The notes: generated by a model from the sequence alone, not told the origin. Positions 24,985 to 37,000 are shown, numbered from the stretch's first letter. The stretch: 64,000 nt of DNA from Ruditapes philippinarum (GCF_026571515.1 NW_026854319.1:62001-126000), one strand, 5' to 3'. Translations and numbers: made by a program.

Positions 24985-27900
24985 TTATGTTCTGTGCTGG
25001 TATGGTATGTGTTGAGTCCTATTCCTTTTACCTCTTCTTACTTGTTGAAAATCTGATTCAGATGTCATCTTCTGCATTGTCTTAGTTTCTTTGATTTGTG
25101 ATTTATTGTTATTCTTGTTGATTCTCGCCATGTTTGATTGCCAATTTGTCATTCGATTTCCATAGTAGTGTTTCAGACGATCATGATGTATGACTTTTGT
25201 TTTTGTTGCAGACCCCATTTTGATTTCAAACAGAACATCATTAATTTTCTTTGTTATGATAACTGGTCCTTTCCAGATAAAAGGTTCAATCTTCTTACTC
25301 CTACCTTTCACTTTTGATTTGTCCCAGTATAACACTAAATCTCCCTTATTGAATGAAGTTTTATGTGCTCTACTGTCATAATCCTTCTTTTGGCGATTTG
25401 CACTTTTCTTGAGAGTTTTCCTAGCAATGGAATATGCCTTTGTCATTCTATCTTCAAGTTCTATTACATAATCCACATGTCTTTGTGCTTGTTTCTCTAA
25501 TATACACCCCATTGATATTTCAACCGGCAACAATACTTCTCTTCCTAACATAAGCATATTTGGACTAAATCCTGTGCCTGGATGAACAGTACTTCTATAA
25601 GCTGCAGTAATCAAATTAAGATTTTTGTCCCAGTTTGTTTGATTTTCATTAACATAGGTTGTAATCATGTTTTGCAAGACTTGGTTAAATTTTTCAGGTC
25701 CTCCATTGGCCATTGGTCTGTAACCGGATGTGCGTGTCTGATTTATTTCCAGCAATCTGCAAACTTCATTAAACAATTTTGATTGATAATTAGAGCCCAA
25801 GTCTGAATGAATATCTAAACACATGCCGTATCGAGACAAAAACTCGTACACTATTTTCTCGGCCACAGTACTAGCAAGTTGATCTTTAATTGCATAACAC
25901 TCCACCCATTTTGTAAAATTGCACATTACAACTAGGATATAAACATTGCCATTATCGGTCTTTGTCATAGGTCCCATGATATCAGTACTGACCCTGTCCA
26001 TTACATGTCCAACAGTGTATTCGGATAGAGGTGATCTTGGAGTTTTGTGAGGTCTTTTCCGAAATGAACATTTCTCACATTGTTTAATATACATTTCCAC
26101 ACTGTGTCTTAATTTATACCAATAGAACTTGCATTTTATTTTCGACAAAGTTTTTGTAATTCCCAAATGAGCGCCTGTAACTGAGTCATGTGTAGATACC
26201 AAAATTTCTTTTTGTAAAACCTTTGGAACAACAAGAAGCAAAGTCTCCTCTCTTGTGTTGAGGATATATTTTGTAAACAGCACTCCATCTTTCATCACTA
26301 GTAAGTCATAATTTAACCAGTAATTACGTATGCCTGGAGAATATCCAGCTATCTTGTCCCTGGAGGGTCGTTTGTTTTCAATAACCCATGTTATCACAAC
26401 TCCTAAATCTGGGTCTGCTCTCTGTAATTTTGCCATTCTGACTGGTGAATAATTAATAGTGTTGAACTGCTTAAGACAACCCAAGTTAGATGCCTGAGCT
26501 TCATTTTCCGATGAAACAACTTCGCCACCTAGTATGGAATTTACGTCCTTGTCAACCACTTGTGTATTATTTTCACCCATGTTGAGATTGTTTCCACTTC
26601 TTTCACCACGCGAATGTAGGCTTTCACGGAAACGAAGTCGACCAATGCGATATCGAAAATACTTCCTTGCCCTTTTTATTCCATGGAAAAGTGATTTTAA
26701 ACAACTCATCAATTTTATAATTTGCAGCTGCATTAACACGAAAATATAACTCCAAAATGTACATTCATTTTGTGGTTTCACTCGTAACACAACAGGTTTG
26801 ATACTTTTCCCTTCACCTATGTTCCTATCGAACAAGGGAACAACATTATCAAATTTGGCAAAATCCGACCAAGACTCGTGTTTCTTCATACAGGTTACAC
26901 ATCCTTTGCAAGGTAAATTTTCCAAGATTGTTTTTCCATCATAACAACTACACTCTTCTGGTTCACATGACATTCTAGAGAGACTGTCAACATTTGTATG
27001 TTTTTTTCCACTTCTATGTTCAATCCTAAAATTAAACTGTGACAAAACTTCTAACCAGCGAGCCATTTGATCTGTCGGCGACTTGAATGACATTAACCAT
27101 CGTAGACTCGAACAATCTGTCCTCAAAAGAAATTCTCTCCCTAAAAGGTAGTGTCTGAACTGAGTAATAAAAGTTACAACACCCAAAAGTTCTCTTCTAG
27201 TTGCACAATAACGTCTTTGTGTTTTGTCGAAAGACTTACTTGCAAATATTATAGGCTTCTCAACGTAATCTTGTGCTTCCTCTGACCACTGCATTTGTGA
27301 TAAACATCCACCACATGCAAAATTACTACTATCAGTGTCAACAATAAATAATCCATTGTCTTGCGGGTAAGCTAACACATCTTCACTTGTAAGTGCTGAC
27401 TTTAAATCCATAAATGAAGCATCTTGTTCTGATCCCCAAATAAACGCTCGACCGGCCTCCATTAAGCGATTAAGAGGAGCTGCCCTCCCACTATATCCTT
27501 TAATAAAACGTCTGTAATAACCGCAAAATCCTAAAAAGCTTCTTAAATTTGTCAAATTTTGTGGTACAGGCCATTCCTTTACAGCCTTAAGTTTCTCCTC
27601 TGTAGGGCGTATTCCAGAACTATCAATTGTATGACCCAGTATATTTATACTTTTCTGTAATAAAGTGCATTTACTAGCTTTTAATTTCAAACCATTTTTC
27701 TCAAGTCTAGATAATATTTCATCTAATCTATTTAATGCTCCATCAAAAGTCTCTGCAAATGTACAAATGTCATCCATATATATTATCATTGTCTTCCACT
27801 GTAAATTTTTAAACACTAATTCCATACATCTTTGAAATGTGTGTGGTGACCCTGTCAAACCTTGCGGCATGGTCACATACTGATAAAGTCCACCTCTACT

Positions 27901-29277
27901 TGTACAAAACGCAGTCTTCTCACGATCCCTTTTATCCAATTCAATCTGGTAAAACCCCGAAAGTAAATCTAATGAACTATAATAATTATTTCCTCCCAAA
28001 GATTCAAGACAAGATTCTATTCTTGGTAACGGATAAGCGCATTTTTTGCTTAAATTGTTCAAACCCCTGTAATCCACACAAACTCGTACACCACCCTGAG
28101 GTCCCTTTTTCCGTACAAAACATAAAGGTGCAGACCAAGGACTCGTGCTCTCTTCTATAATTCCCATGTCCAATTGCTGCTGAATGATCTTTTCTTCCTG
28201 TCCTTCAAAAGCCTTTGGCACACGTCTTGGTGGAATTTTGATTGGCCTGACATTTTCTGGAACTTCAATAGTATGTTTCACAACAGAGGTACGACCTAAA
28301 TCTGTAGGAGAACTTGAAAATGCATTTTTATGTTTTTCTAATAGATGTTTCAATTTTTCCTTTTGTAAATTATCAAGATTTTCTGAAGATCTCTGATATA
28401 ACTCTTTTAATTCACTGTTCCATTTTGTGATATCGCACTTAATATTATCCTCATTTATTTCGAAAGTTGCCGACAATTTGCAGTCATCTAAGTTCACATT
28501 TTCTTTCAATAAATCTTCTTGATTTAATTCATGCAAATATCCCAATAATGACCCCTTGGTTAATTTCACATTTCTATCAGAGGTATTAACCAGTCTTATA
28601 GGAATTGAATTGCCTTGAAGTTCCCTTGGGGATACTAGCACACTTCCCATAAAAACTTTATTCACTGGCCATTTATTTTCCAAAGGGCAGATGATGCCTA
28701 ATGATGAGTTAATTGTTCCAAGATTTATTGCCTTGCCAGGTATAACAATTTCTGAGTTTGCTGGAATTGATACCTTTGACCGCGTAGTAATTTTCACCGC
28801 TCTTAATGGCACTTTCTCCACAAATGTCTTTCATTTTTTCCCATTTAATTTTAATCCTTTTTGAGCACTAAGTTCAAAATTATTTTCATTTAAGAAGTCT
28901 AATCCTATTAATCCATCTTCATGATTATGTGCAACAAAAACCGTTTACTCAAAAGTTTGACCTGCATTTGTAAAAGAAAATTCACATTGACCAACTATAG
29001 TTAATAATCCATCATTTGCGACTTCAAAGCGCACTGAACGTTCAACATCAGACAAAATAGGTCGAATATCTTCTGGAATTCTATAATAAAATGCAGACGA
29101 TAATATTGTACAACAAGCTCCAGTGTCTATAACAAAATTTGCATTCACAGTATCAAAAATTTTTACAGGCATAATAAGCGAAACACCATTTGCATTAGCA
29201 CTCCTACACTTAATTGTCTTATATACAATGTCATTGTTACTGACCAAGTCTGGGCCGTAAGGCTTGGTCTGAGTTAG
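24985..29277 (-). pseudogene. pol: pol polyprotein (protease, RT, RNase H, integrase) with two in-frame stops
   Basis: DTGA and GLIGLDFL (PR), YMDD (RT), DSS/RELL (RH), HHCC plus DDE and GP motif (IN). TAA at 28947-28945 and TGA at 28833-28831. Confidence 0.95.
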
Positions 29278-29283
29278 TTTCCC
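29242..29283 (-). promoter_or_regulatory. -1 ribosomal frameshift signal (gag to pol)
   Basis: Slippery G GGA AAC (29283-29277), 7-nt spacer, stem GACCAAG/CTTGGTC. pol is in the -1 frame. Confidence 0.85.
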
Positions 29284-30355
29284 TGAGAAAGTTGATTTGA
29301 TGGACAATCCCGAGCATAATGTCCGAGAGTATGGCATTTGTAGCAAGTGACATTCTTGTAGTCCGGTTTATTTGACTGACGCTGAGTAAATTTCTGGTTG
29401 TTGTTTGCCTTTAAATTCAATTGATTTGCTAGCTGGTCAATTTTCTTCCCTAATGATGATTTCAGATCCTTACCAAAATCTTGAAGACGGGCTTCTGTGA
29501 CGTATTCTTCCTTTTTATCAATACTCCTGATCCGAGGGCCTCTTACATCATCCCTTATACTTGTATAGTTGTCTAACAATTCTCTAGCATGGTCTATTGT
29601 CTTAGGGTCTTGCATCCCGATGAACAAAGCTGCTTGTGAATCTTGAAGTCCCTTCAAAAAATGACGTAAATTTATGGTTTCTCGAGTGGCATTGTCAGCA
29701 GTAGGGTATCCCTTAATCACCAACCTTTTTACGCTTGCAACATACTCAGCCAGAGTTTCCTTCTCGCGAAAATATTTGCGATTTTCCAATTCAGCCAAAT
29801 ACGAAGCAGTAGATCGTTTTTCTTGAAATCTTGTAATAAGTGCAGTTTGAAGAAGATTGTAACTGTTCAATGTGTCTTGTCCCACTTGCTTAAATATGTA
29901 TTCTGCAGCCTCGCCTCGCAAACTGTTTTTCAGACGGAACAGTCGCTCATTGTTGTCCCAATTGCAAGCTATAGCCATGGCCTCAAATGGATTGATGAAG
30001 CTTTCCCATGAATTTTTCCCATCAAAAAGAGTTTGTCTGGGGAGTGGAACGTCATACTTCCTATGTGAAATTCCATTTGAATTTCCAATATTTGACTGTG
30101 AACCATTTCTTTGTGAAAGAGCTATATCTGCTTCAAGTTGCCTTATCTGATTATTTTTCTCAATGCTAATGTCATTAATTCTCTGTTGATACTGATTCAC
30201 AATTTCATCTCTCTGTAACACGGATTCTTGCTCTTTTTTTCTAATAATTTCTTCTAATTTTCTATTTTCTTCTTCTGCAATTCTCAGTTTTTCATGTAAC
30301 AACTCAGTTTCTGATAAAACGTTGTCACCAAATTGTTCTTCATTTATTGTTCTTT
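29274..30355 (-). CDS. gag: gag, N-terminally deleted
   Basis: Coiled coil, capsid-like FDGKNSWESF...LRGEA, CCHC knuckle CYKCHTLGHYARDC. Confidence 0.9.
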
Positions 30356-30457
30356 GATTTATAGTAATAAATAATGACAACAAATGAGGTCTCAATTCTC
30401 ATACAAACTCAATCATTAAATCAAACCTTAACCAGGTGCCTTGCTAAAACTACAACA
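30356..30457 (-). repeat. Truncated 5' LTR (first 102 bp only)
   Basis: 100/102 identical to 23212-23313 and fused directly to gag coding sequence. Confidence 0.92.
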
Positions 30458-30800
30458 CAAGGTCAATTTTATTTTCTTGGTATCCACCCTCATCGTCTTC
30501 AGCATACCCATATTAGGTTAAAACACTCAAGATATTACTTGTACTATAAAATGCCTCTAGCATTCATATTTTCTTAAAATCAGTCCTGTTTACATCTGTC
30601 ATTTGCTTTCAAAGTTGGTCTGTAAATTCGTCTTTTTCATGTTCAAGCTCGGGTTCCGTTGTCTTACTAATTCCAGTTAAAATATTATTAAAACACGAAA
30701 CTTAAAATCCATTCACAAATAAAAATGTGAGTTATAATTATCTTTTTGTTTAATTTCTAAAGTAATTGTATTGATTTAAATTCAAATCTGTTTCAAAAAG

Positions 30801-31070
30801 GCGTACCATACCTTGATCCGGACAAGACGACACAGTTTGAGATGAGACCCCGCCTAGGGGAGACAATCTACCTGGAAATGCACTCCGCTGGCTTTCCACA
30901 GCCTAGTTTCACGTGGTCTTTTGGGGGCGCTCCATTAAAGCATACTGACGAGGGTTACACAAGTACGGTGCAGCTGGACAATGTTCACATGCATGACTTC
31001 GGGGAATATCGGTTGGATATGGAAAATTCAGTTGGAAAAACAACTTACTTCTTTCACGTGATTCCGTCAG
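30801..31070 (+). CDS. Gene B exon, Ig domain 3
   Basis: 270 bp, GFPQPSFTW...DFGEYRLDMENSVG, paralogous to 4096-4365. Confidence 0.88.
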
Positions 31071-31773
31071 GTATACTAATTTATACCTAAGACGCCTGCA
31101 AGAGAAATCACTCCCTATTTCAAAACATATTTGACGCAGATTTTTTGTTGTTGTTTTGTATCATCGCATAACGAGAGTTGTAAATGGGATACAGAACTGG
31201 TTTTAGTTTGTCCGTCAGTCCAGCCGTTCAGATGTCTGGCCGTCTATATGTTCATCTTCTTTAAGACCGATGAAACAAATTTTATTTGTCATGTTTACTT
31301 GCGCATGTCGTAAAGATTTGACCTTGACTCATAAAATGCCATGACATTCATGGTAAATTCTTATAGTTTTAACATGACTTTAAAATGACCTTGTCATTCA
31401 TTGTCAAATCTTTTAATTCTGCTAAAAATTGCCATAGCTTTGTTATTAATGCTTGTATTGTTTTCATACTTAGACATAAAAACCCTTTTGCCAACACAAT
31501 TAAGAAGGTTAAACTTAACTTAAATATAACTTTTACCTTTATAGTAAAATTATTGATTTGTTTTTCTGAAATTGGAAATACCCTTATTATTAATGCTCAA
31601 CTTTGATTTCTATATGGACAAACTAAAAGTAAGCATAAACCGGGGGGGGTGGCAGTTAAGATATACATTACATGCAGTAAAACATAACCCCATAACGTCA
31701 CCTCGGGGAGAACGTTCTTCCGTTCGTAGGCAATTGGTTTCCGCAGCATACATTTTTCGTTAATGTGTAATAT

Positions 31774-31824
31774 GATCCATGCTGGTCGCAAACCCATTAT
31801 GTTGGTTTTGTCATGACGCGGCTC
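31774..31824. mobile_element. One arm of the same Sola-like MITE
   Basis: gatccatgctggtcgcaaaccc...gacgcggctc. Confidence 0.75.
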
Positions 31825-31896
31825 ATTTTTTGCCTTTTCAACGGCAAAATTAACTATTGATTCTATCTTATTAAAAACATCTTTTCATCTGAACAG

Positions 31897-32025
31897 GTCC
31901 TCCAGAACCTCCAAGTGACTTGACGTTCATTGATTCAACCACATATAGTGCAACATTGAGCTGGATACCAGGATACGATTACAATAGCACGCAGACGTTC
32001 GTAATAGTGGATTCCAAATTTAATG
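31897..32025 (+). CDS. Gene B exon, FN3 N-terminal half (GPPEPPSDL...SATLSWIPGYDYNSTQTF)
   Basis: acag acceptor, G|gtacat donor, 129 bp, paralogous to 3771-3896. Confidence 0.88.
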
Positions 32026-32129
32026 GTACATAGCTTCAATCTATTTATCTATTTACAAGTACAATTAAAATTGCCATCTGTAAATTCGTGCAATGTCACC
32101 AGCTGGTGTGCTGTAAAAGTTGTTTACTA

Positions 32130-32280
32130 AAACTAATATTATAATCTCCGAATATCTAACCAATAAAATCAACCAATATTATAATATCCGTATATCTAAA
32201 CAATAAGATCTACTAATGTTATAATCTCCGAATATCTTACCAATATGATCAACGAATATCTTACCAATACCATCAACGTA
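32130..32280. repeat. ~39-bp tandem repeat, 3-4 copies
   Basis: taatattataatctccgaatatctaaccaataa units. Confidence 0.8.
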
Positions 32281-33047
32281 TATTTTATTAATATAATAAT
32301 ATTTTATTTTACAATATAATATATAAGTATAATTTTATTGCTTAATATAATTCACTTTATTTTCATTTGTATGTAAAATATATACGTTCGTTACACATTA
32401 TCAAAGATTATACCCTCTGTTTTTGTTTACATCTAAAACCACGTGGAAAAATTACTTTCAATCCGTATTAAGTCCGAGGTTATTATGAGTAATAGCCGAG
32501 ATGTTCCGATTGATACAATGTAAACCAAAAAAAAAACGACCAAGTGATGACAATTGAAATGGAAATACTGATGTGTTCAATCTTGAAAATAAATAGCGCG
32601 CCTCTGAAATTATTTCCAACATAATATCGTACCAGAGGGAGATAAATGAGTGACATCATATTAAAAAAGACCACGGTTCTTTTCGATTTTTTTTCTGGAT
32701 ATTACATGCAATAACACCCATTTATGGTCGCTGATTTGGTACGCTTTTGTGCGTCGTGTTGGCGATAGCGACAACACGACAAAGAGCCAAACGGCGCGTT
32801 GTCGCGCTGTCGTCTTGTCGTCCTGTCTAGCAAAGCACGCCAAACGGCGCGTTGTCGTGCGGCATGTTGTCGCGAGGAAGTAAAAGTAAGGAAAGACCAC
32901 GAAGTAGAGTTTTGAGGGAAAAAATTTTGATATGTGGGGGTCTTTTTTAAAAAAAATGATTTTATCTACGCTATGATATTAACATTTTTTTCTCCATCAG
33001 CAGTGCTTGACAAAATAATATATGTACACATGCTTGTCTCATTTCAG

Positions 33048-33206
33048 TTTTATACGAATTCACAGAAGATACAAATAATGTTGGAAACATAACAACAAAA
33101 ACAGTTGACCGTCTTACACCTAATCATCTTTATAACGTCACAATATTTGCCAGAAACAAAAACGGTACATCTCGAGATCTAAATGCCGTCAGTTTCTACA
33201 CTCAAG
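33048..33206 (+). CDS. Gene B exon, FN3 C-terminal half (...VDRLTPNHLYNVTIFARNKNGTS...FYTQ)
   Basis: tttcag acceptor, G|gtaagt donor, 159 bp. Confidence 0.87.
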
Positions 33207-33247
33207 GTAAGTTCAAACCAGACCTTGTCGTTTTGGATTTTTCGAAG

Positions 33248-33590
33248 GCGTATTGCCAATTTCATTTGTTACAGAAACTAAGTCTTCACAAGATTTACTA
33301 AATGCGTATTGCCAATTTCATTATCTGACGGAAATTTCCTCTTTTACTACATGCGTATTGCCAATTTCATTATGTGGTGGACATTTTTTCTTTTACTACA
33401 TGCGTATTGCCAATTTCATTATGTGACGGAAAATTCCTCTTTAACTACATGCGTATTGCCAATTTCATAATGTCAGCGAAACCAAGTTGTTGTTTTTTTT
33501 GTTGTTTTTTTTTTTTGGCGAATTGTCAAATTTATTCTACTCAGAAACTAAATCTTCATCTTGGAATGAAATTGCCAATTTCATTGTTTT
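33248..33590. repeat. 49-bp tandem repeat (atgcgtattgccaatttcatt...), about 5 copies plus degenerate flanks
   Basis: Units at about 33302, 33351, 33400 and 33449. Confidence 0.85.
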
Positions 33591-33861
33591 ACAGGTACCA
33601 GGTTATCTAATGTTTGTACTATCCCTATTGCCATTTTTCAAAACTGCAAGCTCATTTTGCATGGTTATAGGCAAATTAGCAATGGGTTTCAGTATCAGTT
33701 CTCCGTTTAATGCAGTTAGAACTTCACTTTTAAAGGCCGTAATTTCTTATGTTAATTTAAAACATCACGTCTTTCTTTGTGTAATGCCAATTTGAATGCA
33801 TTACTTAAACTATGCATTCGTACATTTAGGCAAATTTCAATATATTTTTTTTCTTTTCCAG

Positions 33862-33963
33862 AGAGCTCGGTCCCATTAGGCGTTATTTTAGGTGTAGTTT
33901 CGTCGCCTTTTGTAATCGTTGTGCTGTTCAGTTTAGCTATTAAATACTGCCCCAAGAAAAGAG
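33862..33963 (+). CDS. Gene B exon, transmembrane helix (VPLGVILGVVSSPFVIVVLFSLAI-KYCPKKR)
   Basis: ttccag acceptor, G|gtaggt donor, hydrophobic run followed by a basic stop-transfer sequence. Confidence 0.85.
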
Positions 33964-34411
33964 GTAGGTATAAAGAAATTATTTCAAAAATATTCTCTAG
34001 CATTTCATAAAATTGTAAAAAAAAAAAAAGAATATTTATAGCTGACATTTCATAAAATTGTAAAAAAAATAATTTTATAGCAACACTTTTTAAGCTAAAA
34101 GTAGGGCAAAACACATAACTTAACATCAAGCAGTTGATAAGATAATGGCTTGTATATTTTTATTTTTAATTTTGCTGACCGTATGTCATATTAACATTGA
34201 CATCCTAAATACCCCTTGGTAACTTAGAAATAAATTTTGATTTGCAGTTAGACAAAACGTGTAACGTCATAAATGACGTCATAGTTATCGGATAACGTAA
34301 GGAGTGTGACACGATCATAATTTTTATTTGAACATTTTATATACTAGTATCGTTCGAATATAGTTTTACATGGATACAAACCTTTAATATACATATAATG
34401 TATGTTTTCAG

Positions 34412-34465
34412 TTGTTCAACCCGAAAAGCAACCCCTGCTTGATCCACATAACCATGGTGATCAAG
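34412..34465 (+). CDS. Gene B exon, cytoplasmic (VVQPEKQPLLDPHNHGDQ)
   Basis: tttcag acceptor, G|gtatct donor, 54 bp phase 1-1. Confidence 0.7.
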
Positions 34466-34507
34466 GTATCTTAGTATTAGTCATTTATACTAGAGTCGTA
34501 TCATTAA

Positions 34508-34871
34508 ACGCACATTATGCCTCAGAAACAATTATGCTTTTCCATTTTTTAGAAAGAGAAAAAATGAGTGTTAGATTATTTGAATAATGCGGTTAGAACA
34601 TGTTAGATTACTTGTTACCTAAAGAAAGCATCGTTGCATGTGAAATTATTTGCCATAAAAGTAGCAAAATGTAAACAAAGTAGTATTTTGACTTCTCCAC
34701 AAAATACTAAGTCACTATAACTGTAGTAATTGCCAAAAAGCAACAGAAGCGAAAAAACATGGTTCAGGTAATAGGCTAATTAGGAACTTTTTGGAAACTT
34801 TAACAGGACATCAAAAATTAGAAAGATTTTGAGAAATGAAAATAGAAACAATCCTGAGGCATAATGGGCCT
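34508..34871. mobile_element. TTAA-flanked MITE (Kolobok-like family 1)
   Basis: cacattatgcctcag...ctgaggcataatgggcct|ttaa. Confidence 0.65.
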
Positions 34872-35254
34872 TTAAAACATACACCATTTATATGAATTTA
34901 TTTATTGTTGTCTTTTTAAAGAAAACATTTTTGAATATTTCTTATAAGACATTTATTCGTCTCAAAAGGATACATAGCGTTTTTTTATTTTCAATCTTCT
35001 ACTATGTATATGTTAGTGTTCATCCGTGCTGTTCTACAGAAATTAGGAACTTCGACGGGAGCGATGGCGACAGGAGAATGTTTCTAATTTCTGATGAATA
35101 CTTAGTAATATTATTGAAAGTTTGAACAGAGCGCTTGTCACTTTGAACAGAGCGCTGTCTGAATTTAGGTATATTAACGTAGAATTGAAAAGCTTACCAC
35201 GGTTAAACTAATGAACTCAAAGGTATAAATATATATACTTGTATGTTTCTATAG

Positions 35255-35355
35255 ATAATGCTGGTGAAAGAAAACGTTGGTCCGATTATAACAAGTCTTA
35301 CACTCGATATTTGGAAAGTGGGGAAAGTGACCAAGGCATTGATACGATTTATTAA
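35255..35355 (+). CDS. Gene B probable last coding exon (DNAGERKRWSDYNKSYTRYLESGESDQGIDTIY*)
   Basis: ttctatag acceptor, phase consistent, open frame to TAA. Confidence 0.55.
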
Positions 35356-36029
35356 AAGATACACATGTTTATCTTAATAATCTAAAATCATTTATAGCTT
35401 AATAGACAGGACTGACTTTGAGAATTTGGCTCCCTATAAGATGCTAGAGGCACTTTGTAGTACAAGTGGTATCTTGGTGTATTTTAACTATTTAAGGTAT
35501 GCTGAATCCGATAAAAGTGAATACCAAATTGAAAAACTTGATCTTGACCATTGAAATGGCCATTTGAAATGACCACTAAAATGGGCGCCAAATTTCTTTA
35601 ACATGAAATGGATGATATATCAAATAAAACTTTTAAGGAAAGGAAAAGCCTGAAATTTGTCACAAAGCATGTTTAGGTAAAAACAAATTAGACACCAAAA
35701 CAGAATTAAAAAAACAAAACAATCAAATATGGCCGAATAGTCCAAGATGGTGGACATTTTTCTATAGGCCAATATAATACTAATATAGAAGTAATATTAA
35801 AGATAGTACTGAAAATTTTAAGGCATTTAAACATAAGAGACCTGTATTTAGGGTTTACGCAGCGTACACTTCACTCTTCCCTGCCCTATCTGCTTGATAT
35901 AGGGCTTTTATGTATTTTATCTGGCACTCTATGCAAGCATATAACGTGACTATTCAGATTCCTACTGCGAGGAGGTTAAACATGTGCATGCAAAATATAC
36001 ATTAATTAAACCTTTCTCTGAGTACTCTT

Positions 36030-37000
36030 GGGTTTTGATGCTCGTTTGTTAGCGGTAGTCGTCTGCGCACTTCTGTTATCGGTCCTGGTCTCAGTTCTTC
36101 TGTTGTCAGATGTTCTGTTATCGGTTCACGTCTCTGTTTTCGGTCGTCGTCTTTGTTCTTCTGTTATCGGCCCTGGTCTCAGTTCATTTGTTGTCAGATG
36201 TTCTGTTATCGGTCGTCGTCTTTGTTCTTCTGTTATCGGTTATCGGTTCTCGTCTTCGTTCTTCTCCGTTCATCTATCATCGGTTCCCAACTCTATTTTT
36301 CTGTAATCAGTCCTGGTTTCCGTTTTCTTGTTAATTCTTCTGTTATCGGTCCTCGTCTCTGTTCGCTTGTTGTCAGTTTTTCTGTTATCGGTTCCTGTCT
36401 CTGATCTTCTGTTATCGGTCCTCGTCTCTGTTCGCTTGTTGTCAGTTTTTCTGTTATCGGTTCCTGTCTCTGTTCTTCTGTTATTGGTCGACGTCTCTGT
36501 TCGCTTGTTGTCAGATCTTGTGTTCTTGTGTCCATGTCTCTCTTCTTCTGTTTTCAGTCCTCGTCACTGTCCTTCTGTTATCGGTCCTCGTCTCCGTTCG
36601 CTTGTTGTCAGTTTTTCTTTTTTTTATCGGTTCCTGTCTCTGTTCATCTGTTATTGGTCGACGTCTCTGTTCGCTTGTTGTCAGTTCTTGTGTTCACGGT
36701 CCCTGTCTCTCTTCTTCTGTTTTCAGTCCTCGTCACTGTCCTTCTGTTATCGGTCCTCGTCTCCGTTCGCTTGTTGTCAGTTTTTCTGTTATCGGTTCCT
36801 GTCTCTGTTCTTCTGTTATCGGTCCTCGTCTCCGTTCACTTGTTGTCGGTTTTTCTGTTGTCAGTTTTTCTGTTGTCAGTTTTTCTGTTGTCGGTCCCTG
36901 TCTCTGTTCTTCTGTTATCGGTCCTCGTCTCTGTTCGCTTGTTGTCAGTTCTTGTCTCCGTTCTTCCTTCTGTCATCGGTCGTCGTCTTCGGTCTTGTAC
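36030..37000. repeat. Same minisatellite in TIR element copy 2
   Basis: Repeated ttctgttatcggtcctcgtctctgttcgcttgttgtcag. Confidence 0.9.

Larger units (their letters stand above)
22617..30457 (-). mobile_element. Ty3/gypsy LTR retrotransposon, defective
   Basis: TG...CA ends, 4-bp TSD CAAG (22613-22616 and 30458-30461), empty site visible near 39590, domain order gag-PR-RT-RH-IN. Confidence 0.97.
19526..30592. mobile_element. Non-autonomous TIR element copy 1 (Academ-like TAG ends), interrupted by the gypsy element
   Basis: Imperfect TIR TAGACAGGACTGATTTT...AAAATCAGTCCTGTTTA, colinear with 35403-39727. Flanks tat/cat (imperfect 3-bp TSD). Superfamily is tentative. Confidence 0.75.

Noticed and set aside
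35091-35110. Other CTGATGA/CTGACGA hammerhead cores (also about 60443 and 62613)
   Set aside because: No stem II followed by GAAA.
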